A stretch of DNA of 63,918 nt, the filler included, from Deltaproteobacteria bacterium (GTDB lineage: Bacteria; Myxococcota; JACRCW01): NCBI GenBank assembly GCA_016218805.1. It is 4 parts of 4 records of this genome, joined end to end, with 100 filler letters (N's around TTAATTAATTAA, not from the genome) between each part and the next. Parts side by side here need not be neighbours in the genome. Positions count along the whole stretch, not along the records: positions 1 to 29,887 come from JACRCW010000082.1; 3 more parts are not named here. One strand, given 5' to 3'. Under the pieces are notes generated by a model, which did not search any database, was not told the origin of the DNA, and was given only the letters and a program-made list of their open reading frames with translations. Position numbers and translations under genes: made by a program. This document shows, piece by piece, positions 9,928 through 19,669 of this stretch. Within the stretch, counting starts at the first letter, position 1, and the number at the start of each line of letters is the position of its first letter.

Positions 9928-11625
9928 ATGCTCCACCTGCACCTGGTGGGGGGCCTGGGCGCCTTCGGGCGCAACTGCCTCCTTGTGGAGGACCGCGCGT
10001 CGGGTGACGCGGTGGTGGTGGACGCCGGCGCCGGCTTCCCGCGCGAGAGCGGCCTGGGGCATGAGCGGCTGATCCCCGACCCGGCGTTCCTGGACGGCTA
10101 CCGCGGGCGCCTCAAGGGCTACCTGTGCACGCACGGGCACGAGGACCACATTGGCGCGATCCCCAGCTTCCTGGCCCGCCTGCCCGCGCCGCTGTACGCG
10201 TCCGCCACGACGCTGGCGCTGATCCGCCACCGGCTGGACGAGTACGGCATTGCCCAACCCCCCATGCACGAGCTCACCGCGCCGGGGGAGGTGACGGTGG
10301 GCAACTTCCAGGTGACCGCGCTGGCGGTGGGGCACTCCATTCCGGATTCGCTGTGTCTGCTGCTGCGCGCGGGTGGGGTGGCGGTGCTGCACAGCGGGGA
10401 TTTCCGCGCGGAGGAGCACCCGCTGCCCGGCGCGGCCACGGACCTGGACGGGCTGCGCACCCTGGGTGACGACGGGGTGGACGTGCTGCTGTGCGACAGC
10501 ACCGGCGCGGTGTCCGACGGGCGCAACCCGGGTGAGCGCGCGGTGCTGCCCGCGCTGGGCCGTGCGGTGGAGGAAGCGCGGGGGCGCGTGTTTGTGACCA
10601 CGTTTGCCAGCCACGTGGCGCGCGTGGAGGGGCTGCTGCGCCTGGCCGAGCGGACCGGGCGGCGCCTGCTGCTGGCCGGCCGCGGCGCGCTCACGCACGC
10701 GCGCATTGCGCAGGGGCTGGGGCGGTTGACGGGGCTGGACGGGGTGGGCGTGAACCCGGCGGACGCCGCGGCGTTGCCGCCAGAGCGGTTGGCGGTGGTG
10801 CTGTCCGGGTGCCAGGGTGAGGAATACAGCGCGTTCTGGCGGCTGGCGCACGGCGACGGGCGGCTGCCCCCGGTGGACGAGGGGGACGTGGTGATCCACT
10901 CGGCGCGGGCGGTGCCGGGCAATGAGCACAACGTGGCCGAGCTGCTGGATTTGTGCGCGCGCCGCGGGGCGCGGGTGCTGGACGGGCGGGACGGGCTGCA
11001 CGTCTCCGGGCACGGCCACCGCGAGGACCTGCGGCTGCTGCTGCAGGCGGCGCGGCCGCGCGCGGTGGTGCCGGTGCACGGGGGCCACCGCCACCTGCAC
11101 GCCATGGCGGAGCTGGCGCGCAGCGCCGGCTGGTCAGACGAGCTGACGCCGGTGTGTGACAGCGGAGACATCCTGGCGGTGGCGCCGCACGCGCCGCCCT
11201 TGCGGGTGGGCCACGTGGACGTGCCGGACGTGCTGCTGTGTGACGACGGGACGGTGTTCCCCGCCGAGCCGGCGCTGTCCGAGCGGCGGGACCTGGGCGC
11301 GGGGCTGGTGGTGGTGAGCGCGAGCCTGTCTTCCGCCGGAGGCGCGGTGCTGGGGGCGCCGCGGGTCAGCCAGCGCGGCCTGGGCGGCAGCGTGCGCGAG
11401 GTGGTGCTGGCCGAAGCGGCGCACGAGGCGCACGTGAGCCTCAACGCGCTGGACGCGGCCGCGCGCATGGACGCGGAGAGCGTGGAGGCGGCGCTGGTGC
11501 GCGGGGTGCGCCGGGTCCTGCGGCGCGCGCGCGGCGTGCTGCCGTCCGTGGTGGCGCACGCGCACGTGGTGGACGCGCGGGGTGACGCCGGTCCGCCGGA
11601 GGCGGTAGCGTCCCGGGTCCCATGA
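9928..11625 (+). CDS. rnj: Ribonuclease J (metallo-beta-lactamase/beta-CASP)
   Basis: VGGLGAFGRNC, THGHEDHIGA, HSIPD, HSGDFR, LLCDST, FASHVARV, SGCQGE, LHVSGHG, PVHG. Confidence 0.9.
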   Translation: MLHLHLVGGLGAFGRNCLLVEDRASGDAVVVDAGAGFPRESGLGHERLIPDPAFLDGYRGRLKGYLCTHGHEDHIGAIPSFLARLPAPLYASATTLALIRHRLDEYGIAQPPMHELTAPGEVTVGNFQVTALAVGHSIPDSLCLLLRAGGVAVLHSGDFRAEEHPLPGAATDLDGLRTLGDDGVDVLLCDSTGAVSDGRNPGERAVLPALGRAVEEARGRVFVTTFASHVARVEGLLRLAERTGRRLLLAGRGALTHARIAQGLGRLTGLDGVGVNPADAAALPPERLAVVLSGCQGEEYSAFWRLAHGDGRLPPVDEGDVVIHSARAVPGNEHNVAELLDLCARRGARVLDGRDGLHVSGHGHREDLRLLLQAARPRAVVPVHGGHRHLHAMAELARSAGWSDELTPVCDSGDILAVAPHAPPLRVGHVDVPDVLLCDDGTVFPAEPALSERRDLGAGLVVVSASLSSAGGAVLGAPRVSQRGLGGSVREVVLAEAAHEAHVSLNALDAAARMDAESVEAALVRGVRRVLRRARGVLPSVVAHAHVVDARGDAGPPEAVASRVP

Positions 11626-12287
11626 CGGAACAAGCCCCGCCACGCGTTGCGCGCCGCCCCGGACGACCGCCGCAGGCCAGCAGCGAGGAGACGCGCGCGC
11701 GCATCCTGGACGCCGCGCTGTCGTCGTTTGCGCGGGCGGGGTTTGCGGGCGCACGCCTCAAGGACATTGCCGACGGGGCGGGCGTCCATACCGCGCTGGT
11801 GCACCACTACTTTGGCGACAAGGGGAACCTGTACGCGGCCGTGCTGGAGCGCGCGCTGGCGCCGCTCAAGGAGAGCGGCGTGACGCTGCTCAGTCCGGAC
11901 CTGGACGTGCGGATGGTGATGGAGGGCTTTGTCACGCTGCTGGTGCAGTTCTTCAATGAGCGCCGGGACATTGCCACGCTGATGGCGCGCGAGAGCCTGG
12001 CCGGCGGCGAACAGCTGCGCCTGGTCATGGAAGAGACGGTGCGTCCGCTGTTCCAGGGGGCGCTGGCGTTCTTTGGCGCGGCGCGCGCGCGCGGGGACGT
12101 GCCGGACCTGGACCCCGCGCAGATGGTGTTCACCGTGGTGGGGGCGGTGGCGGTGTACTTTGTCCACGGGTCCCTGGTGGCACAGGTGACCGGCGAGGAC
12201 CCGTTCACGCCGGAGGCCGTGGAGCGGCGCCGCACCGAGCTGGTGCGCATGCTCCACGCGTTGCTGTCACCGCGGGTGACGCCGTGA
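11622..12287 (+). CDS. TetR/AcrR family transcriptional regulator
   Basis: TRARILDAALSSFARAGFAGARLKDIADGAGVHTALVHHYFGDKGNLY HTH. Confidence 0.92.
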   Translation: MTEQAPPRVARRPGRPPQASSEETRARILDAALSSFARAGFAGARLKDIADGAGVHTALVHHYFGDKGNLYAAVLERALAPLKESGVTLLSPDLDVRMVMEGFVTLLVQFFNERRDIATLMARESLAGGEQLRLVMEETVRPLFQGALAFFGAARARGDVPDLDPAQMVFTVVGAVAVYFVHGSLVAQVTGEDPFTPEAVERRRTELVRMLHALLSPRVTP

Positions 12288-12994
12288 CGGTGGCGCGGGG
12301 GCGCCGGGTGCCGGCCCGCGCGTCCAACAAGCCCCGCTCTGGCCGGCCGGCCGGCGCGTCCGCGGCCGCCACGCGGCGGACGATCCTGGACGCCGCGCGC
12401 GCGCTGTTCAGCCAGTGGGGGTACGACGCCACGCGCGTGAAGGACGTGGCGCTCAAGGCGGAAGTCAACGCGGCGCTGGTGCACCACTACTTTGGCGACA
12501 AGGACGACCTGTACCAGACGGTGCTGGTGGACGCGTTGCGCCCCATCCGCGTGCTGGGTCAGCGCCTGCTGGTGCGCGGGCTGCCGGTGGACCTTCTGCT
12601 GGCGGCGTGGGTGGAAGTGCTGAGCACGTACTTTGAGAAGCACCAGGACATCCTGTTCCTGGTCACGCGTGAGGCGATGGGGAACCCGCGGCGTGTTCGC
12701 AAGCTGTTGGTGGAGACGCTGGGGCCGCTGTTCCAGGGCACGCTGGAGGCGCTGGACGGCGTGCGCGGCGGCAGCGGCGTGGACCCCGGGTTCCTGGTGG
12801 TCAACATCCTGGGCATGATTGCCGTGTGGCACACGCACACGCCGCTCATTGACGCGGTGCTGGAGCGTGACTGCCGCACCGAGGCGGAACGGCTCAAGCA
12901 GCGCCAGCAGATCATGGCACTCATCAACCACGGCGTGCTGGGCCGGCCCGCGGCGCGCAGCGCTCCTGTCGACGGGCGCGCGGCCACGCGGTAG
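12284..12994 (+). CDS. TetR/AcrR family transcriptional regulator (paralog of upstream gene)
   Basis: TRRTILDAARALFSQWGYDATRVKDVALKAEVNAALVHHYFGDKDDLY; GTGA overlap with the previous gene. Confidence 0.92.
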   Translation: MTVARGRRVPARASNKPRSGRPAGASAAATRRTILDAARALFSQWGYDATRVKDVALKAEVNAALVHHYFGDKDDLYQTVLVDALRPIRVLGQRLLVRGLPVDLLLAAWVEVLSTYFEKHQDILFLVTREAMGNPRRVRKLLVETLGPLFQGTLEALDGVRGGSGVDPGFLVVNILGMIAVWHTHTPLIDAVLERDCRTEAERLKQRQQIMALINHGVLGRPAARSAPVDGRAATR

Positions 12995-13015
12995 GACGCG
13001 ACACCGGGAGGCACG

Positions 13016-14764
13016 GTGTACATCCTGGGTCTCAACGCCTACCACGCGGATGCCGCAGCGGCCCTGTTCAAGGACGGCCACCTGCTGGGCGCCGTGGCCG
13101 AGGAACGGCTGGACCGGCGCAAGCACTGCGCCGGTTTCCCGGGGCGGGCCATCAAGCTGCTGCTGGAGAAGGCCGGCATTGGGGCCGCGGAGCTGGACCA
13201 TGTGGCGGTCTCGCGTGACCCGCTGGCGTCGCTGGGACGCAAGGTGGCGTTTGTGCTGGGCCGCGGCGCTGACTCAGCGCAGCTGGTCCTGCACCGGCTG
13301 CAAACCGCCTCCCGCGTGCGCGGGCTCCCAGAGACGCTGGCGGCCGCGCTGGGCGTGCCCACCGCCAGCCTGCGCGCGCGTTTCCACCACGTGGAGCACC
13401 ATCGCGCACACCTCGCATCGGCGTTCTTCATGGGCGGCATGGAGGACGCAGCGTGCCTGTCGATTGACGGGTTTGGCGATTTCACCTCGACGATGACCGC
13501 GGTGGGACGGCGCCACGGCTTGGAGGTGCTGGACCGCGTGCCGTTCCCGCATTCGGCGGGGCTGTTCTACACGGCGGTGACGCAATTCCTGGGCTTTCCG
13601 GCGTGGGGTGACGAATGGAAACTGATGGGCCTGGCGCCGTACGGCCAGCCCGTGTTCCGCGAGCAGCTGTGGCGGCTGGTGCGCCTGCTGCCGCGCGGGC
13701 GTTTTGAGCTGGACCTGCAGTACTTCACGCACTACGTGGACGGGGCGCGGATGAGCTGGGAGGAGGGCGCGCCCACGCTGGGACGCACGTGGTCGGACCG
13801 GCTCATGGACCTGCTGGGGCCACCGCGGGACCCGGCCTCCGGGGATTACCTGGGACACTGGGCGGATATCGCCGCCAGCGCGCAGGCCGTCTACGAGGAA
13901 ACACTGTTTCACGTCCTGGCCCATCTCCATGACGTCACCGGCCTCCCGCGCCTGTGCCTGGCCGGGGGCTGCGCCCTCAACTGCGTGGCCAACGGGAAGA
14001 TCCCGGAGTGCACACCATTCCGTGACGTGTTCATTCCGCCCGCCCCCGGTGACGATGGGACCGCGCTGGGCGCCGCCGCGTATGTCGCGTTCAACCTGCT
14101 GTCACTGCCACGCCAGGAGCGGATGGAACACGCGTTCACCGGGCCGGAATACGGGGAGGAGGCCGTGGCCGCGGCGCTCACGGCGGCGGACCTGGGGAGT
14201 GCGGTCACCGTCACGCGCCTGCAGGACGACGCGCTGTGCCGCCGCACCGCGCAGGCGCTCGCAGATGGGCGCATTCTCGGGTGGTTCCAGGGACGGATGG
14301 AATTCGGGCCGCGCGCGCTGGGCAACCGCTCCATCCTGGCCGATCCGCGCCGCGCCGACGTCAAGGACACACTCAACCGGCGCATCAAGCAGCGCGAGGC
14401 GTTCCGGCCGTTTGCGTTGTCCGTGCTGGAGGAGGCGGCGCCGGACGTGCTGCAGCGTGCGGAGACCTCACCGTTCATGCTGCGCGTGTTCACCGTGGCC
14501 GAGCCCTGGCGCGCGCGCATTCCCGCCGTCACCCACGTGGACCACGGCGCCCGCGTGCAGACCGTGAACGCGCGGGATAACCCGCGATTCCATGCGCTCA
14601 TCGGCGCGTTCCGTGAACTCACCAGCGTGCCGGTCCTGCTGAATACCTCGTTCAATGAACAGGAGCCCATCGTCATGGACCCGCCCCAGGCGCTCGCGTG
14701 TTTCGCCCGCACGCGGATGGATGCGCTGGTGATTGGGAACCACTACCTGGAACGGCGCGCGTAG
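13016..14764 (+). CDS. Carbamoyltransferase (NodU/CmcH family)
   Basis: ILGLNAYHADAAAA, EERLDRRKH, VEHHRAH, IDGFGD, LCLAGGCALNCVANG, GRMEFGPRALGNRSIL, LNTSFN. Confidence 0.95.
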   Translation: MYILGLNAYHADAAAALFKDGHLLGAVAEERLDRRKHCAGFPGRAIKLLLEKAGIGAAELDHVAVSRDPLASLGRKVAFVLGRGADSAQLVLHRLQTASRVRGLPETLAAALGVPTASLRARFHHVEHHRAHLASAFFMGGMEDAACLSIDGFGDFTSTMTAVGRRHGLEVLDRVPFPHSAGLFYTAVTQFLGFPAWGDEWKLMGLAPYGQPVFREQLWRLVRLLPRGRFELDLQYFTHYVDGARMSWEEGAPTLGRTWSDRLMDLLGPPRDPASGDYLGHWADIAASAQAVYEETLFHVLAHLHDVTGLPRLCLAGGCALNCVANGKIPECTPFRDVFIPPAPGDDGTALGAAAYVAFNLLSLPRQERMEHAFTGPEYGEEAVAAALTAADLGSAVTVTRLQDDALCRRTAQALADGRILGWFQGRMEFGPRALGNRSILADPRRADVKDTLNRRIKQREAFRPFALSVLEEAAPDVLQRAETSPFMLRVFTVAEPWRARIPAVTHVDHGARVQTVNARDNPRFHALIGAFRELTSVPVLLNTSFNEQEPIVMDPPQALACFARTRMDALVIGNHYLERRA

Positions 14765-14791
14765 AGGTGACAAACCCACGCGCTGATGCAA

Positions 14792-14854
14792 CCCCCCACC
14801 CGGCGATGCTCCGCATCGCCGGCCTCCCCCCACGAGGCCCACGAGGGGGGAGGC
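14792..14854. repeat. Intergenic two-hairpin REP-like repeat, copy 1
   Basis: CCCCCCACC CGGCGATGC-TCC-GCATCGCCG G CCTCCCCCC-loop-GGGGGGAGG; near-identical copy at 16892-16959. Confidence 0.8.
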
Positions 14855-14902
14855 GACGCTGGCGCTTGACCGGCCGCGGGTGCACGGTCCAAGCGTCACC
14901 GC

Positions 14903-16888
14903 ATGCACAGCGCACTCGCGATCGCTTCACTCCTCGCCATGGCCGATAACCCGCCCGCCCTCAACGCTGAACAACGCGCCCGCCTGGAACGCGGTCGCGC
15001 CCAGGTGGCCGCGCTCTGGCGCGCCGAGGACGGCGACATGGAGGCGTTTGCCAAGGAGCATTTCCTCGCGGATGCACAGAAGCTGGACACCACGTTTGCC
15101 CGGTTTGAGACGGGGATGGAGATCGTGGATGGGCACTTCCTGGAGGTCGGCCGCGAACTCCGCCGCCCCGTCGAGACGGACATCGGACCCATGCTGCCGG
15201 TCGACCCGCTGTTTGCCGCGTGGGATCCGTCCGCGCACGTTGTGGAGGACATGTTTGCCTCCAAGCTGGCCTTTGTGGCGCTGCTCAACTTTCCCCTCAC
15301 CACCCTGGAACAGCGCCTCAAGGACGGGCCAGCCTGGTCCCGCCGCCAATGGGCCGAAGCCCGCCTGACCTCGCGCTTTGCGCGCCGCGTCCCCGCCAGC
15401 GTGCAGCAGGAAATCACCGCCGCCTCCGCGGCGTCTGACCTCTATATTGCCGAGTACAACCTGTGGATGCACCACGTGCTCACCGAGAAGGGACAGCGCC
15501 TGTTTCCCTCCGGGAAGCGCCTCATCAGCCACTGGAACCTGCGCGACGAGCTCAAAGCCGCCTATGCCGATCCCAAGGGATTGGACCGGCAGCGCGTCAT
15601 TGTGAAGGTGATGGAGCGCATTGTCAGCCAGGCCATCCCAGCGGCCGTCATCAACAATCCGCGCGTGGACTGGAACCCGTTCACCAACAAGGTCACCGCG
15701 GCCCCGGCGGCAGAAGTGGAGCCGGACGCCCCGGCGCGTGACGTCGTCACGGACGGGAAGCCTGAACCGGACACGCGCTACAGGATGCTGCTGGCGAACT
15801 ACGCCGCCCACAAGAAGGCCGACCCGTTTTCACCCATCACGCCCACCGCCATTGACCGCGCGTTCTCACTGGGCGCGGAGATGCCGGAAGCGCGCGTCAA
15901 GGCGCTGCTGCTGGAAGTGCTGCAGAGCCCGCTGGTCCCGCGCGTGGCCAGGGAGATCCAGACGCGCCTCAAGAGGAAGCTGGAACCCGCGGACCTGTGG
16001 TTCAACGGTTTCCTCCCGCGCGGAAAGATCCCGGAACCTGAGTTGGATGCCAAGACCCGCGCGCGTTACCCCACCGCCGACGCGTTTGCGAAGGACATCC
16101 CACGCATCCTCCAGGGCATGGGGTTCTCCGCCGAGCGCGCCGCCTACCTGTCCGCCAACATCCGCGTTGACCCGTCCCGCGGCGCCGGCCACGCCCAACA
16201 GTCCGCCCGCCGCGGCGATTTCCCGCGATTGCGCACCCGCGTGGAAAAGGACGGCATGAACTACAAGGGCTACAACATTGCCGTGCATGAGCTGGGTCAC
16301 AACGTGGAACAGGTGTTCTCCCTGTATGACGTGGACCACACGCTCCTGCAGGGTACGCCGAATACCGCGTTCACCGAGGCGGTGGCGTTTGTGTTCCAGG
16401 CGCGTGACCTGGAATTGCTGGGAATGGGAAAGCCGGACGCGGAACAGGAACGGCTGCGCGTGCTCAATGACTTCTGGGCCGTGTGGGAGATCGCCGGCGT
16501 CGCGCTGGTGGATATTGAGACTTGGCACTGGATGTATGACCACCCGGATGCAACACCCGCCCAGCTGCGCGATGCCGTCGTGGGAATCGCGAAGCAGATG
16601 TGGAACCAGTTCTATGCACCCGTGCTCGGCGTGAAGGATACGCCGCTGCTGGGGATTTACTCACATATGATCAGTTATCCCCTGTACCTGTTCAACTACC
16701 CGCTGGGGCATTTCATTGCGTTTCAGATTGAGGAACAGGTCCATAAGGCCGGCAGCGTGGGGCCGGAGATTGAACGGATGACCCGGTTTGGAATGGTTAC
16801 GCCGGACCACTGGATGGTGCATGCCACCGGTGACCCCGTGAGCGCAGGTCCACTGCTCCGCGCCACGGAACACGCACTGAAGAAGTAA
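14903..16888 (+). CDS. Exported zinc metallopeptidase-like protein (gluzincin; M3/M32-like)
   Basis: N-terminal signal-like MHSALAIASLLAMA; VHELGH plus downstream AFTEAVA third ligand; later YSHM..YP.Y...Y motif. Confidence 0.65.
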   Translation: MHSALAIASLLAMADNPPALNAEQRARLERGRAQVAALWRAEDGDMEAFAKEHFLADAQKLDTTFARFETGMEIVDGHFLEVGRELRRPVETDIGPMLPVDPLFAAWDPSAHVVEDMFASKLAFVALLNFPLTTLEQRLKDGPAWSRRQWAEARLTSRFARRVPASVQQEITAASAASDLYIAEYNLWMHHVLTEKGQRLFPSGKRLISHWNLRDELKAAYADPKGLDRQRVIVKVMERIVSQAIPAAVINNPRVDWNPFTNKVTAAPAAEVEPDAPARDVVTDGKPEPDTRYRMLLANYAAHKKADPFSPITPTAIDRAFSLGAEMPEARVKALLLEVLQSPLVPRVAREIQTRLKRKLEPADLWFNGFLPRGKIPEPELDAKTRARYPTADAFAKDIPRILQGMGFSAERAAYLSANIRVDPSRGAGHAQQSARRGDFPRLRTRVEKDGMNYKGYNIAVHELGHNVEQVFSLYDVDHTLLQGTPNTAFTEAVAFVFQARDLELLGMGKPDAEQERLRVLNDFWAVWEIAGVALVDIETWHWMYDHPDATPAQLRDAVVGIAKQMWNQFYAPVLGVKDTPLLGIYSHMISYPLYLFNYPLGHFIAFQIEEQVHKAGSVGPEIERMTRFGMVTPDHWMVHATGDPVSAGPLLRATEHALKK

Positions 16889-16891
16889 GGG

Positions 16892-16959
16892 CCCCCCACC
16901 CGGGCGATGCTCCGCATCGCCCGACCTCCCCCCGCAAGCGGCCGCAAGCGGGGGGAGGC
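16892..16959. repeat. Intergenic two-hairpin REP-like repeat, copy 2 (between convergent genes)
   Basis: CCCCCCACC CGGGCGATGC-TCC-GCATCGCCCG A CCTCCCCCC-loop-GGGGGGAGG; carries one extra compensatory base pair relative to copy 1. Confidence 0.8.
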
Positions 16960-16963
16960 TTGG

Positions 16964-18385
16964 CTAGAGCACCGCGCCGTTGGTGGAACGCTTCAGCCAC
17001 GCGCCACTGCCCGGCTCACCGTGCCACGTTTCACCGTCAACCAGCAGCCGGCCCCGGACAAACACCTTCTCCGGCATCCCCGTCACGTCCCAGCCTTCAT
17101 ACAGGTTGTAATCCGTCCGCTGGTGCGACGTCTGCACCCCCATCTTCCGACGGAGATTGGGATCCCAGATCACCACGTCCGCGTCCGCCCCCGCCGCCAA
17201 CGTCCCCTTGCGCGGGTAAAGACCGAAAATCTTTGCCGGGTTGGTGCAGCACAACTCCACCAGCCGGTTCATGCTCATCCGCCCCTTGCCCACGCCGTGC
17301 GTCCACAGAATGGGCATGCGGTCCTCAATGCCCGGCACGCCGTTGGGGATCTTGGAGAAGTTACCGCCGCCCAGTTCCTTGCCCGCAAATTTCACCGGCT
17401 TGCCCTCGTACATCATCTCCCGCGTCCCATCGAAGAAGAACGGGCAGTGGTCCGTCGCCACCGTCTGCAGCGTGTCGTTCTTCACCGCCGCCCACAACGC
17501 CTCGTTGTCCGCGTGTGACCGCACCGGCGGCGAACACACCCACTTGGCCCCATCCGGCCGCCGCAGGTCATCCACCGAGAAGAAGAAGTACTGCGTGCAC
17601 GTCTCGCCCATCACCTTCAGGCCCCGCGCGCGCCCGTACGCAATCTGGTCCACCGCCTTGGCACACGTCACGTGCACCACATACAGCGGCGCCCCCGCCA
17701 CGCCCGCCAATGACACCGCGCGCATCGTCGCTTCAGCCTCCGCCCAGTCCGGCCGCGTCAACGCGTGCCACTCCGGTGTCAGCCGGCCCTTGCTCACCGC
17801 GTCCTTCACCAGCACGTCAATCGCGTCGCCGTTCTCGGCGTGCACCATCACCAGCATGCCCGCGTCCGCGCTCTTCACCAGCGCCTTGAACAGCGTGGTG
17901 TCATCCACCTGCAACGACCCCTTGTACGCCATGAACAGCTTCAACGACGTCACGCCCTCGCGTCCCATGGACGGGATCTCATCCAGCACCTTGTCGTTGA
18001 GGTCCGTGATGGCCAGGTGGAACCCGTAGTCCACCGCCGCCTTCCTGTCGGACTTCTTGTGCCAGTTCTCCACGGCCTGGTGCAGCGTTTCGCCCTTGCC
18101 CTGAATGACAAAATCAATGTGGCAGGTGGTCCCGCCGAACGCCGCCGCCTTGTGCCCCGTGTAGAAGTCATCCGACGCCACCGTGCCGCCGAACGGCAGG
18201 TCCAGGTGCGTGTGGGCATCAATGCCGCCGGGCAGCACAAACTTGCCCTTGGCGTCAATGACGCGCGCGTCCCCCGCAGGCAGGTCCGTTCCGACGAGCG
18301 CGATCTTCTCCCCGTCGATAAGCAGGTCCGCGGGATAGGTGTCCGAGGCGGTGACAAGCGTGCCGTTGCGGATGAGCGTCTTCAT
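16964..18385 (-). CDS. hydA: Dihydropyrimidinase (D-hydantoinase)
   Basis: PGGIDAHTH, AAFGGTT, DYGFH, SLKLFMAYKG, VHAENG, YVVHVT, GETCTQY, SPP, ATDHCPF, IPNGVPGIEDR. GGAGG RBS before ATG 18385. Confidence 0.93.
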   Translation of the reverse strand: MKTLIRNGTLVTASDTYPADLLIDGEKIALVGTDLPAGDARVIDAKGKFVLPGGIDAHTHLDLPFGGTVASDDFYTGHKAAAFGGTTCHIDFVIQGKGETLHQAVENWHKKSDRKAAVDYGFHLAITDLNDKVLDEIPSMGREGVTSLKLFMAYKGSLQVDDTTLFKALVKSADAGMLVMVHAENGDAIDVLVKDAVSKGRLTPEWHALTRPDWAEAEATMRAVSLAGVAGAPLYVVHVTCAKAVDQIAYGRARGLKVMGETCTQYFFFSVDDLRRPDGAKWVCSPPVRSHADNEALWAAVKNDTLQTVATDHCPFFFDGTREMMYEGKPVKFAGKELGGGNFSKIPNGVPGIEDRMPILWTHGVGKGRMSMNRLVELCCTNPAKIFGLYPRKGTLAAGADADVVIWDPNLRRKMGVQTSHQRTDYNLYEGWDVTGMPEKVFVRGRLLVDGETWHGEPGSGAWLKRSTNGAVL

Positions 18386-18477
18386 GGGCGACCTCCGGGT
18401 TGAGGCGCGCTCCATGTCACAGCGGGCGCGTCCCGCCCAGATGACGCAGCGTCACTTTCCGACGAGACGGGAGCGGC

Positions 18478-19533
18478 TCAGCGGCCGTGGAAGGCGAGGC
18501 CCGCGCGGGCGAGTTCGCCCAGGCGCTCCAGCGTGCCCAGCAGGAGGATGCGGTCACCGGGCTGCAGGCGCGTGTCCGCCGTGGGGTGCAGGGACAGCGC
18601 CGTGCCGCGGCGGTGCACCACGACGGTGACGTCCATCTCGCGCTCCAGTTCTTCCAGCGTGCGGTTGGTGAACCGCGAGGTGGCCGCCACTTCCAGTTCA
18701 GCCACGTTCAGCAGCGCGTCCCCGACGTAGAAGCTGTGGCGCACATGCTTGTCCAGCGCGGCCAGTGCGATGTCCGGCGCCGCCAGCGCGGAGGTGGAGA
18801 ACACCATGTGGATGCCAAAGGCCTGCTGCACCTTGGTGGCCAGCTCGGAGTCAAACATCCGCGCAACCACGCGGATGGCCGGGCTCAGGTTGCGCGCCGT
18901 AATGGCGACGTCCAGGTTGGCGAGATCATCGTCGGTGGCGATGACGATGGAGCGCGCGAGCGGGACATTGGCCGCGCGCAGCAGTGACTCCTGCCGCACA
19001 TCACCGATGAGGACGGGCACGCCCGCCTCCCGCAGCGTGGTGGCGAACTTGGTGTCATGTCCAACGGCGACGAACTCCTCGCCGAGCTTCATGAGCTGTT
19101 CGGCCACGCGGTAGCCCACGTGTCCGAGCCCGCACAGCACGAGGTGGTCCCGGTAGGTTCCCGCCATGACCTTCTGCCACTCCTCTCCGCGCTTGCTCTT
19201 GTCCACCAGCAGCGCGCCAAACCGCGCGATGCCGTCCACCAGCACCACCAACCCCAGCAGCGGGATGGCAAAGAACATCAGCTGCAGGTGCCACGCCGAC
19301 GGGAAATCCAGGCTGCTCTGAAAGAACACCATCTGGTAGGCGGCGTACACGGCCTGCGGCCAGGTGAGTGTTTTCGCCTCGTAACTGCTCCAAAGCACGG
19401 TGCCGCCGCCAAAGATGACCAGCAGGAACACGGCAATGGACCCGCGGAACTGCGCCGCGAGCAGGCGTGCGTCGCGGATGGCGGCGTGGACGCGGCGCAG
19501 CCGGCGGCGGAGGGCGGGTGGTGGGCGTCCCAT
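18478..19533 (-). CDS. TrkA-domain (RCK) potassium channel-like protein
   Basis: Two TM helices, then HLVLCGLGHVGYRV (TrkA-N), IVIATDDDLANL, and a TrkA-C (RCK-C) domain. Confidence 0.85.
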   Translation of the reverse strand: MGRPPPALRRRLRRVHAAIRDARLLAAQFRGSIAVFLLVIFGGGTVLWSSYEAKTLTWPQAVYAAYQMVFFQSSLDFPSAWHLQLMFFAIPLLGLVVLVDGIARFGALLVDKSKRGEEWQKVMAGTYRDHLVLCGLGHVGYRVAEQLMKLGEEFVAVGHDTKFATTLREAGVPVLIGDVRQESLLRAANVPLARSIVIATDDDLANLDVAITARNLSPAIRVVARMFDSELATKVQQAFGIHMVFSTSALAAPDIALAALDKHVRHSFYVGDALLNVAELEVAATSRFTNRTLEELEREMDVTVVVHRRGTALSLHPTADTRLQPGDRILLLGTLERLGELARAGLAFHGR

Positions 19534-19669
19534 CGTCGGGTGGGACGCTACCACGCGTTCCTCAGCGCCAGAACGTTTCCGCGCGGGCTGACCCCGGCGC
19601 GGGAGGGGCGTGCGTCGTCGGCAAACGCACGCAGCTGCAGGCGGCGTGCGTCGTGATTCTGCGGGGGGG

